A DNA stretch of 58,922 nucleotides from assembly GCA_049802535.1 (NCBI GenBank), contig JBARMQ010000462.1, positions 1 through 58,922 on the forward strand, read 5' to 3'. Source of the stretch: Bryobacteraceae bacterium (lineage in GTDB: Bacteria; Acidobacteriota; Terriglobia; Bryobacterales; Bryobacteraceae). Shown here piece after piece: positions 35,564 through 44,388 of this stretch. Each line of letters begins with the position of its first letter. Positions within the stretch are counted from its first letter, which is position 1. Under the pieces are notes generated by a model. The model did not search any database and had not been told where the DNA came from. It saw only the letters and a program-made list of their open reading frames with translations. The translations under genes and the position numbers were made by a program.

Positions 35564-36088
35564 GTGACCAAGACCCAAATCAACACCAACGTAGCTCTCT
35601 GGGGGCTTCTCGGCCTCCTGACGGCCGCATTTGCAGGCGTTCTTGCCTGGAATTTGCGTGATACCTCGGCTAAGGAAGGCGGCCCGGCGCCATCATTTAC
35701 CCTGCACACCGATCAGGGGCAGCAAATTACAGCATCTTCCTTCGGCGGCAAAGTCCTGGTGCTGAATTTCTGGGCAACCTGGTGTGCCCCTTGCGTCGAA
35801 GAAATCCCCTCACTCAGTGCCTTTCAACGCAAGTATGAGAATTCGGGAGTGGTGGTGCTGGCGGTCAGCGTTGACAAGAATCCCCAGAAATACAAAGCCT
35901 TCTTGAATCGCATTCATGTTGCCTTCGACACCGCACGCGATCCCTCGGAAGATGTTAGCAGTGAGTACGGCACATTCCAATTCCCAGAGAGTTACATCAT
36001 CAAAAACGGCCGCGTCATGCGAAAATTCCCGCAAGCCGAGGACTGGCTCAGCGACGATATCGACTCCTACGTGAAAAGCCTTCTCTGA
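35564..36088 (+). CDS. TlpA-family thiol:disulfide oxidoreductase (thioredoxin fold), membrane-anchored
   Basis: An N-terminal TM helix, the motif VLVLNFWATWCAPCVEEIPSL, and a GTG start. Confidence 0.85.
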   Translation: MTKTQINTNVALWGLLGLLTAAFAGVLAWNLRDTSAKEGGPAPSFTLHTDQGQQITASSFGGKVLVLNFWATWCAPCVEEIPSLSAFQRKYENSGVVVLAVSVDKNPQKYKAFLNRIHVAFDTARDPSEDVSSEYGTFQFPESYIIKNGRVMRKFPQAEDWLSDDIDSYVKSLL

Positions 36089-36095
36089 GGCGGCC

Positions 36096-37520
36096 ATGTC
36101 ACTCGATTCACAACTTATCTCGACGATGGAGGCGCGCCTTGGGAAAAATGGCGTTTTGACGCGCGCTAATGACCTGAGGCTCTACGAGTACGACGGCGGC
36201 GTGGACAAATCGCTGCCGGAAGTTGTTGTATTTCCCCGCTCGACGGAGGAGGTTGTCGAGTTGGTTAGATTGGCCTGTCAATACAACCTCGCCATCGTCG
36301 GACGCGGCGCCGGGACCGGTCTCAGCGGCGGCTCGATCGCCAGGTCCGGCGGCATGGTCATCTCCTTCTCCCGCATGAATCGCATTCTGGAGATTGACCT
36401 TGAGAATGAACGTGCGGTACTGCAGCCGGGCGTTGTCAATCTTGAGGTGACCCTGGCGGTCCAGCCGTTCGGCTATCTTTACGCCCCCGATCCATCAAGC
36501 CAAAAGGCCTGCACCATTGGTGGCAACGTGGCTGAAAACGCGGGCGGTCCGCACACTCTGGCGCACGGTGTAACCACCAACCATGTCTTGGGCCTTGAAG
36601 CGGTTCTTCCGGATGGCACCGTGATCGAAATGGGTGGCAAAGAGCTGGATTGTCCGGGTTACGATTTGACTGGCCTGCTGACCGGCTCAGAGGGCACTAT
36701 GGTGCTTGTCACGAAAATAATCGTTCGCCTGGTACGTCAGCCGGAGTCGATCAAGACGCTGCTGGCTGTCTATGGATCGACGGATGAAGCAGGCAATACA
36801 GTGGGCGAGCTCACCGCGCAAGCCATCATGCCGGTCGCTCTCGAAATGCTGGATGGACCCATGCTTCGGTTGGTCGAAGAGGCCACTCATGCCGGCTATC
36901 CAACCGATGCCGCTGCCGTCTTATTGATTGAACTCGAAGGCCTTACCGAAGCGGTAGAAGAACAGGCTGTGCAGATCGACACGGTCTGCCGCGCTTGCGG
37001 TGCTCGCGAGGTGCGTGTCGCCCAATCCATGGCTGAGCGCGACTTGCTTTGGAAAGGCCGCAAGAATGCCTTTGGCGCGATCGGACGCGTCAGTCCGACC
37101 TATTACGTGCAAGATGGCGTAGTGCCGCGAACGAAAATCGCCAGCACTCTCCGCGCGATTGACGAAATTGGCAAGAAGCACGGCATTGCCATTAGCAACA
37201 TCTTCCACGCGGGCGACGGTAACATGCACCCGATTCTGCCTTTCGATCCTCGCAAGGAAGGCGACCTGTTCCGAGCGCAGCTCGCCGGCGAAGAGATCCT
37301 CGATTACTGCATCTCCGTCGGCGGATCCATCACCGGCGAGCACGGCGTCGGGATGGAGAAGATGGAGCTGATGGGCCATCTCTTTCCAGAGGCGACACTC
37401 GATCTCATCAAGTCATTTAAATCCTTGTTCGACCCGCAATGTACCCTGAATCCAGGAAAGCTCTTGCCCACGGGTAAAGGATGCCTCGAAATCCGCCAAC
37501 CGCCCTCGATGGTTCTTTGA
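36096..37520 (+). CDS. glcD: FAD-linked oxidase, glycolate oxidase subunit GlcD-like
   Basis: Motifs VVFPRSTEEVVELVRLA, GRGAGTGLSGGS, HAGDGNMHP and GSITGEHGVGMEK. No glcE or glcF follows it. Confidence 0.8.
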   Translation: MSLDSQLISTMEARLGKNGVLTRANDLRLYEYDGGVDKSLPEVVVFPRSTEEVVELVRLACQYNLAIVGRGAGTGLSGGSIARSGGMVISFSRMNRILEIDLENERAVLQPGVVNLEVTLAVQPFGYLYAPDPSSQKACTIGGNVAENAGGPHTLAHGVTTNHVLGLEAVLPDGTVIEMGGKELDCPGYDLTGLLTGSEGTMVLVTKIIVRLVRQPESIKTLLAVYGSTDEAGNTVGELTAQAIMPVALEMLDGPMLRLVEEATHAGYPTDAAAVLLIELEGLTEAVEEQAVQIDTVCRACGAREVRVAQSMAERDLLWKGRKNAFGAIGRVSPTYYVQDGVVPRTKIASTLRAIDEIGKKHGIAISNIFHAGDGNMHPILPFDPRKEGDLFRAQLAGEEILDYCISVGGSITGEHGVGMEKMELMGHLFPEATLDLIKSFKSLFDPQCTLNPGKLLPTGKGCLEIRQPPSMVL

Positions 37521-37673
37521 GTTCTGCTTTGCTTTCGACCGCTTTAAGTGTAGGCGTAGTTCGTACTTCACGTACTCCCAGGTTTTGGATACCGAGATCT
37601 AGACACGTAAAGGTACGTAAACAATAAACACTCAAAGTTACGTCTAACGGATGGAGTGGAGGGTAAACAAGAA

Positions 37674-38075
37674 ATGAAACGAATCATGGCTGTAGGCACG
37701 GTTCTGCTGGCATCGCTGGCAGTGAATGTCTTTGCTCAAGATTGGTATCACGAACGAGACGAGCGGTTTCGGGGTGAACAATGGCGAGCTCATTTGTTAG
37801 AGCAGGTGCGGATGGATTTAGATCACATCGGCAGCGCATGGCGGGCGGCGGACAGAGAACGCCGGCGGCTCGATAAGACCAAGGAAGAGTTGACCGACTT
37901 ACAAACGAAGATGGATCATGGCCGCTACGATGGGGGCGAACTGAACGACGTGATCGACTCGCTCACCAAGTCAGCTAATGACCAACGCTTGTCCGGTCGC
38001 GATCGGGACGTGTTGCACGACGATACAAACCGGCTCATGGACTACCGTGAGCATCACGATCACTGGAATAGGTAG
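37674..38075 (+). CDS. Hypothetical secreted, highly charged helical protein
   Basis: The ATG at 37674 gives signal peptide MKRIMAVGTVLLASLAVNVFAQ, with GGAGG-like sequence upstream. I recognise no motif. Confidence 0.5.
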   Translation: MKRIMAVGTVLLASLAVNVFAQDWYHERDERFRGEQWRAHLLEQVRMDLDHIGSAWRAADRERRRLDKTKEELTDLQTKMDHGRYDGGELNDVIDSLTKSANDQRLSGRDRDVLHDDTNRLMDYREHHDHWNR

Positions 38076-38142
38076 CCCAATCCGAGTACGGCTAACATAA
38101 TTCGTTGCCGTGTCATGGCGGCCTGAAGGAGAATAGCTCTTT

Positions 38143-39267
38143 ATGGAAAAACGAAGACGCTTTCTCGGCGGCCTTGGCGCGGCAACGGCTGGAATGCTTG
38201 TTGGTTCTACCGCCTCCGCCCGGCAACCCGCAGGCCCAATGGCCGCAACTGGATCTCTTCCGGAATATGCCCGGCGGCACGACTATAAAACTCTGAGGCA
38301 GTCGAGCTACGACCGAACCGGCGGCAATCGCGATTCCGTCACCGTTGCTCCAGGCCAAACTGCGGAGGTTCTGAAGTCCGACGGGCCCGGCGTCGTCACG
38401 CATGTATGGTTCACCATCGCAAGTCCGGCTGAGCATCATCTTAAAGAACTGGTGTTTCGGATCTACTGGGATGGGCAAGATAAGCCAAGCGTCGAAACGC
38501 CGATCGGCGATTTCTTCGGATTGAACCTGGGAGAGTATTACCTCTATCAATCGGCGTTTCTGAATTGTTCGTCGGTAAAGGCTCTGAACTCGTATTTCGC
38601 CATGCCTTTCAAGCGTTCGGCGCGGGCGACGGTAACGAATGAAGGGACAAAGCAGGTTAACGCCCTCTACTCAAACATCGATTACCAAATCGTTCCCTCG
38701 TTGCCTGAGGATGCACTCTATTTTCACGCGCAATATAGACAGTCGATTCCGGAACAGGCGGAATCATACCCCAGCGGTACTCCAGAATTAAATATCGATG
38801 GCAAGGGCAACTACGTTTTCTGTGAGACACGTGGCGCTGGCCATTTAATGGGCGTAACTCTAGGCGTCGTGCAGAACCGTGACGGTTGGTTTGGCGAAGG
38901 CGACGACATGACCTTCATCGACGGGGAGACCAAGCCGTCGATTAATGGAACGGGAACGGAGGATTATTTCTGCGGCGCTTGGGATTTCGGCGGTCGCGAT
39001 AACGGAAAGCCCTTCGCGAACTTGTACAACGGCGCTCCGTACATGCTCGCTCCGGAGATCACCAATGGCCATTACTGCCTCTACCGTTGGCACGCCGACA
39101 ATCCCATCGCGTTTACCCAATCGCTGAAACACACCATCGAGCATGGTCATGCAAACGATCGCGGTGATTGTTTTTGTTCCGTCGCCTACTGGTACCAGAC
39201 CGAGCCTTCTTCAGATTTTCCAGCCCTGCCGCCCGTCGCCGATCGCCTCATTAGCTTGCGACGGTAG
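38143..39267 (+). CDS. DUF2961 (glycoside hydrolase family 172-like) protein with a Tat signal
   Basis: N-terminus MEKRRRFLGGLGAATAG. Motifs SSYDRTGGNRD, VVTHVWFT and NGTGTEDYFCGAWDF. Confidence 0.8.
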   Translation: MEKRRRFLGGLGAATAGMLVGSTASARQPAGPMAATGSLPEYARRHDYKTLRQSSYDRTGGNRDSVTVAPGQTAEVLKSDGPGVVTHVWFTIASPAEHHLKELVFRIYWDGQDKPSVETPIGDFFGLNLGEYYLYQSAFLNCSSVKALNSYFAMPFKRSARATVTNEGTKQVNALYSNIDYQIVPSLPEDALYFHAQYRQSIPEQAESYPSGTPELNIDGKGNYVFCETRGAGHLMGVTLGVVQNRDGWFGEGDDMTFIDGETKPSINGTGTEDYFCGAWDFGGRDNGKPFANLYNGAPYMLAPEITNGHYCLYRWHADNPIAFTQSLKHTIEHGHANDRGDCFCSVAYWYQTEPSSDFPALPPVADRLISLRR

Positions 39268-39300
39268 TAATCCGTCATCGGCGTTAGCATAGTTAGGACT

Positions 39301-40710
39301 ATGCAGAAGTACGTCCTTCTTTTGAGGAACCCACGCAAGACGGGCACGGAATCAAAGCGTCCCACCCGAAATAATAACGAGTTCCTCCCCGTCTGGTGGC
39401 ACGCAGCCGTGCCCTTTGCGCTTCTAATGCTTTTGGCTGCCTCGGCCGACGCGGAGACTCATTCTCTTACGCTTCGCGAAGCACTCGATATTGCGTCCCG
39501 CCAAAATTCCGATATCGCTTTAGCCCACCTGGACGAGCAACGCACGGAACAGGGTATAAAGATCGCCCGCGATCCCTTTCGGCCCAAGGTATATGGCGGC
39601 AGCGGACTCGCCTATACTTACGGCTATCCCAATAGCATTGACGGCAATGCGCCCAGCCTCTTCGAAATTAAGACGGACATGGCGCTATATAACCGGCCCG
39701 ACACTTTCTTGCTCGCGCAAGCCAAGGAAAATGCCCGGGGAGCCAACCTCGGCGCTCAGGCTAAGACGGATGAGGTCGCTTATCAAACCGCCAGTTTGTT
39801 CCTGGACGCCCGCCAAGCGGAGAATATTGCTGAAACCGTCTTCGCCGAAATTCCCGATCTGCGCAAAGTGGTGGAGGTCACCTCGTCCCAGGTTTCCGGA
39901 GGCGTGGAATTGCCGGTTGAGCTGAAGCAGGCCAACGTCAATCTGGAAAGTGCCCAATATCGGGTGGACACGGCTCGCATGGATGCCGACTACCTGGAAA
40001 TGATGTTAGCCGTCACCCTGGGCTTCCCCGTGACCGATCGGGTTCATCCCATCGAATCGCAATTGCCTGGCGTTCCCAAGCTTGGCTCCGAAGAAGATGC
40101 CACCCGCATTGCACTCGCCAACAACAAAGAATACAGCCAAATGCGTTCGAACGTTTTGGCCAAGGAACTGGAGTTGCATTCCTATCGGTCTCAGCGTCTT
40201 CCGCAGGTCAACCTGGTCGCGCAGTACGCCTTGTTTGCAAAATACAACTACGAACAATATTTTCAGAAATTTCAAGCGAACAACCTTCAGATAGGCGCAT
40301 CCATCACCATTCCGTTCTTAGTCGGTTCATCCTTCTCGGGACGGGCGGATCAGGCCGCTACCGACATGCAAAAAATTCGCATTCAGATGGAGCAAGTGCG
40401 AAATCGAGTGACAACCGACACGCGGCACGCGTATCAGGAATGGCAGCGGGCACAGGAATTTTTGCACTTCGCCCACACCCAGCTCGATTTAGCCCGCGAA
40501 CGTTTAACCATCTTGCTTGCCCAAAATGCGGAAGGCAAAGTGACCATGGCCGCGTTGGAGCAGGCGCGCGTGACGGAAAGCGACCAGTGGATTGCTCTCT
40601 TCCAGGCGCAGAACACTGAAATGCGCGCCCAACTTGCTATCCTCCGTCAGATGGGAACGCTGATGGCTGCGGTTCGCAGTGGACCTGCGGAGGAATCAGC
40701 TCGCCCATGA
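39301..40710 (+). CDS. TolC-family outer membrane efflux protein
   Basis: LTLREALDIASRQNSDIALAHLDEQRTEQGIKIARDPFRPKVYGG, followed by two repeated coiled-coil/beta halves. The N-terminal start is uncertain. Confidence 0.8.
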   Translation: MQKYVLLLRNPRKTGTESKRPTRNNNEFLPVWWHAAVPFALLMLLAASADAETHSLTLREALDIASRQNSDIALAHLDEQRTEQGIKIARDPFRPKVYGGSGLAYTYGYPNSIDGNAPSLFEIKTDMALYNRPDTFLLAQAKENARGANLGAQAKTDEVAYQTASLFLDARQAENIAETVFAEIPDLRKVVEVTSSQVSGGVELPVELKQANVNLESAQYRVDTARMDADYLEMMLAVTLGFPVTDRVHPIESQLPGVPKLGSEEDATRIALANNKEYSQMRSNVLAKELELHSYRSQRLPQVNLVAQYALFAKYNYEQYFQKFQANNLQIGASITIPFLVGSSFSGRADQAATDMQKIRIQMEQVRNRVTTDTRHAYQEWQRAQEFLHFAHTQLDLARERLTILLAQNAEGKVTMAALEQARVTESDQWIALFQAQNTEMRAQLAILRQMGTLMAAVRSGPAEESARP

Positions 40711-41516
40711 TCGAAAATTCCGCCCCGTCTGTGCTCGCGGCCGACGTTCCGCCCGCTATCCCGGCGATTGAGTTGCATGATTTACGGAAAGATTACAACG
40801 GATTTGCCGCTGTCGATGGCTTAACCATCACTGTGCCGCAAGGTTGCTTTTTCGGCTTCCTCGGGCCGAATGGGGCAGGGAAGACAACTACCATTCGCAT
40901 GCTGATGGGCCTGGCACAACCCACGTCCGGCTCAATATCTGTACTGGGAATGCGGTTGCCCGGCCAGTCTTATGAGATTCGTAAGGAAATTGGCCTGATC
41001 CCCGACGATACGCTGCTCTTCGATCACTTGACAGGTCCCGAATATCTTGAATTCGTCGCTCGCATGTACAGCATGGAGCGTCCGCTTGCCCGCGAACGTT
41101 CGGCTGAATTGCTCTCGCTCTTCGAGCTATCCGATGCCGGCCGAAAGCTGATTGGCGAATATTCAAAGGGGATGCGAAAGCGGGTAGCCATGGCCGCCGC
41201 CTTGATCCACCGGCCGCGTTTGTTTCTCATGGACGAGCCATTTGAAGGTGTCGATGCTGTCGGCGCGCGCCTGATGAAAGACATCCTTCTCGAACAGGTT
41301 CGGCGCGGTGCGACGATCTTTCTGACCTCGCATGTTCTGGAGGTTGTGGAGCGCATTTGCGACCGTCTCGCCATCATCAACAAAGGTAAATTGATCCTCT
41401 CAGGCACCATGGATGAACTTCGCCAGCAGGCTGCGGCCGGCTCGCAGTCTCTTGAGGAGATCTTCGTCAAAGTGGTCGGCGCGGAACATGTGCGCGAATC
41501 GTTGAATTGGCTATAA
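40707..41516 (+). CDS. ABC transporter ATP-binding protein (ABC-2/DRA-type)
   Basis: GPNGAGKTTTIRML (Walker A), YSKGMRKRV (signature variant), LFLMDEPFEGVD (Walker B) and TSHVLE. The ATGA overlaps the TolC stop. Confidence 0.92.
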   Translation: MIENSAPSVLAADVPPAIPAIELHDLRKDYNGFAAVDGLTITVPQGCFFGFLGPNGAGKTTTIRMLMGLAQPTSGSISVLGMRLPGQSYEIRKEIGLIPDDTLLFDHLTGPEYLEFVARMYSMERPLARERSAELLSLFELSDAGRKLIGEYSKGMRKRVAMAAALIHRPRLFLMDEPFEGVDAVGARLMKDILLEQVRRGATIFLTSHVLEVVERICDRLAIINKGKLILSGTMDELRQQAAAGSQSLEEIFVKVVGAEHVRESLNWL

Positions 41517-41520
41517 GATC

Positions 41521-43116
41521 ATGTGGCCGCAAATTAGGGCGCTCGCCTGGGTCCATTTCCGATCGATGCGCAATCGCTTTCCGCGCACTGGTTGGGGCAC
41601 CATTCTCATTTGGTTTCTCTCCCTTCTTTGGTACGGTCTGTTCGTCGGGCTGGGCACATTGTTGGCGTTCGCCCTGCCACTGATCGATCTGAAGACCCTG
41701 CGTATAGCGATTCCGCTGGCGCTGATCGCCATCATGATCTACTGGCAGATCTTTCCCTTGGCCACGCTGAGCGGAGGTTGGTCCCTCCAGATGGGCAAGC
41801 TGCGTGTCTATCCCATCAAGCTAAGTGCTCTCTTTACGATTGAAGTCTTCCTTCGCCTCACCACGGCCCCGGAGGCGATTGCGGTTCTGCTAGGAGGTGT
41901 CATCGGTTTGGCGAGACACCCACATGTTCCCTTCGCCGGGGCCCTCGCTCTTCTGCTTTTCATCCCGTTTAACCTGTTCCTCTTGATCGGCCTTCGCGAA
42001 GCGCTGATGCGATCCGGGCGCAACAAGAAGTTTCGCGAACTGCGCCCCCTCATCTTCATTCTGTTCGCGATCACGCCGCAATTCATTGCGCGACCTCCCA
42101 TTCGCGACTATCTGAAACCGTATGCCATCGCGGTGGCGAGAGTTCCGGCGACGCCTTGGCGCGAATGGACGGCCTTGAGTCTCGGCAGTTTCTCATTACT
42201 GTCGGTCCTATCCGTTGTTGGCTGGTTGGCCGCCGCCTATTACTTTGCCCGCTGGCAATTTGCGCTATCCCTTCGAGAAGACGAACTTGTAAGTCTTCCT
42301 TCCTCCCCCGCCTCCCGCAAAACATCGTGGCTCGATGCTCTGTGGAGCCTACCCGACCGTCTCACACGCGATCCTCTAGCTGCTTTGCTCCAAAAGGAGT
42401 TTCGCTCGCTTGTCCGAATGCCTCGCTTCCGTGTCCTCTTCGGCCTCGCGTGCGTCTTCAGCGTGCTGGTATTCCTTCCGATGATTCTTCGGGGCGGCCG
42501 TGTCGGGTTTATCGCCAACAATTTCCTGCCCATCGTGAATGTTTACGGCATGCTGATCCTGAGTGAAGTAATGGTCTTCAACGTCTTCGGATTCGATCGC
42601 AAAGCGGTCCAGATCTACCTGATTTCGCCGGCTCCGTTTGAGATCGTACTCAAGGCAAAGAATCTCGTCGCCCTGTGTTTCATCATGCTTCAAAGCGCAT
42701 CGGTAATTATCATCGCTGCTCTCTTCCGCATTCGCGTTACGCCCATTGATGCCGTAAACGCCCTCGGCACCACCTTGGTGATCACGCTTTTCTTGATGTG
42801 TGCGGGGAATCTGGCGTCTGTGCATATGCCGCGCCCTACCGATCCGAATCAAACATTCCGCCGACAGACCGGAGGCAAGTTACAACTCTGGATAATGGGT
42901 AGCTTCATCGGCTTAAGCGTGCCGATCGGCTTCGCGTTTCTGGCCCGTTGGGCCTTCAACACGGAGTGGGCCTACCTCGGAGTTCTTGCGGTGGATCTTG
43001 TCATCGGATGGATTGTCTATCGCCTCTCGCTCGAATCCGCCGTTAAACGAGCCCTCGAAAAAACCGAAGATCTCATCGACAAGCTGTCAAAGGGCGGCGA
43101 TCCCGTAGGTACGTAG
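41521..43116 (+). CDS. Internally duplicated polytopic membrane protein, putative ABC exporter permease
   Basis: About 12 predicted TM segments. The two halves begin with similar amphipathic motifs: IRALAWVHFRSMRNRFPR and LAALLQKEFRSLVRMPRFR. It starts 4 nt after the ATPase stop. Confidence 0.65.
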   Translation: MWPQIRALAWVHFRSMRNRFPRTGWGTILIWFLSLLWYGLFVGLGTLLAFALPLIDLKTLRIAIPLALIAIMIYWQIFPLATLSGGWSLQMGKLRVYPIKLSALFTIEVFLRLTTAPEAIAVLLGGVIGLARHPHVPFAGALALLLFIPFNLFLLIGLREALMRSGRNKKFRELRPLIFILFAITPQFIARPPIRDYLKPYAIAVARVPATPWREWTALSLGSFSLLSVLSVVGWLAAAYYFARWQFALSLREDELVSLPSSPASRKTSWLDALWSLPDRLTRDPLAALLQKEFRSLVRMPRFRVLFGLACVFSVLVFLPMILRGGRVGFIANNFLPIVNVYGMLILSEVMVFNVFGFDRKAVQIYLISPAPFEIVLKAKNLVALCFIMLQSASVIIIAALFRIRVTPIDAVNALGTTLVITLFLMCAGNLASVHMPRPTDPNQTFRRQTGGKLQLWIMGSFIGLSVPIGFAFLARWAFNTEWAYLGVLAVDLVIGWIVYRLSLESAVKRALEKTEDLIDKLSKGGDPVGT

Positions 43117-43127
43117 CGGGTGCAGAT

Positions 43128-44369
43128 TTAAGGCGTCTGCCGGCGCTCAAATAAAAATGCGCAACCTGCTAGAATGGCCGCCCAAACCGCCCACACCGTC
43201 AAATACCGTTGACCGATCAGGAACCCTGCAATCAGTGGTGCAATGATCTGTGCCACTGACGTTAGCGACTGTGTCAATCCAAGGATGACGCCTTGCTCCC
43301 GCCGATCCGCCTTTTGGGTGATCAAACTTGTCAGCGCCGGCCTCAATCCCCCGCCGCCCACCGAGGAGATGGCCGTTACACCCAACAATTGCGGCAATGT
43401 TCTGGTGAACCCGGTCGCCGCGTAACCTACGAAAGAGCTGAAAAAACCCAAGCGCACCACGTTACGCTCTCCCATCCACTTCACCATCCGCCCCACTAAA
43501 CCGCCTTGCATGATAATGCCGATAAAGCCGGTATACGCGAATAGATAACCAACTTCGCGCGCGCCCAATGGGTGGCCGTGGTAGACGAACCTCCGCTCCG
43601 CGAATAGCGCAAAGCCCGATACAAACGTGGAGAACGAGAACGCGAAACAAAGCCACTGACCCAGCAGCAGCGCCAATTCCCGATTCTTGAAAAATCGCCG
43701 ATACTCTCCCCACGAGAGCAGCGAAAGGCGTTTGCCCCCGGGACCCGTCTCGCCCGCCTCTTGATTTTGTTGATGAACGATTTCGCGGCGCGGCAGAATG
43801 AAAAACGTGCACAAAATGCTGGTGAACGATAACCCGCAAGCGGCAAAGATCGGCGCTTGGTAGCCGAATTGAGCAAGATACCCCGAAATCGCCGGTCCCA
43901 CCAGAAATCCCAACCCGAATGCAATGCCAATCAATGCAAATGACTTGGCACGGTTCTCGGGCTTCGTCACGTCGCTGATGTACGCCTGCGCGATGCTTAG
44001 ATTTCCCGCGGTAATGCCATCGATGGCGCGCGCGAAAAAGACCATCCAGATTTGTGTCGAAAATGCCAGCATTAAGAATCCGGCCAAAGTTCCGGCTTGG
44101 CTGATCAGCAAGACCGGGCGGCGCCCGATTCGATCTGACAGCTGTCCCAATACCGGTCCGGCAAGCAATTGGCAGAAAGCATAGGTCGAAATGAGAGCGC
44201 CCACCACGGAAGGCGAAGCACCTAAATGCTCGGAATAAAAGGGCAGAAGGGGAAGAATAATGGTGAAGCCGAGAACGTCAACGGCAACAATCAGGAAGAT
44301 AGGCAATAAGGGCGAAGAAAACCGCCCGACAGGCTTCCCCTCGGCAGGCTCAACGGGAGATGGGGTCAC
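43128..44369 (-). CDS. MFS transporter (TetA/TCR-like drug:H+ antiporter family)
   Basis: A 12-TM profile with GQLSDRIGRRPVLLIS (MFS motif A) and ITAGNLSIAQAYISD. Confidence 0.85.
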   Translation of the reverse strand: MTPSPVEPAEGKPVGRFSSPLLPIFLIVAVDVLGFTIILPLLPFYSEHLGASPSVVGALISTYAFCQLLAGPVLGQLSDRIGRRPVLLISQAGTLAGFLMLAFSTQIWMVFFARAIDGITAGNLSIAQAYISDVTKPENRAKSFALIGIAFGLGFLVGPAISGYLAQFGYQAPIFAACGLSFTSILCTFFILPRREIVHQQNQEAGETGPGGKRLSLLSWGEYRRFFKNRELALLLGQWLCFAFSFSTFVSGFALFAERRFVYHGHPLGAREVGYLFAYTGFIGIIMQGGLVGRMVKWMGERNVVRLGFFSSFVGYAATGFTRTLPQLLGVTAISSVGGGGLRPALTSLITQKADRREQGVILGLTQSLTSVAQIIAPLIAGFLIGQRYLTVWAVWAAILAGCAFLFERRQTP

Positions 44370-44388
44370 TACTCACGATTTTAGCGGG

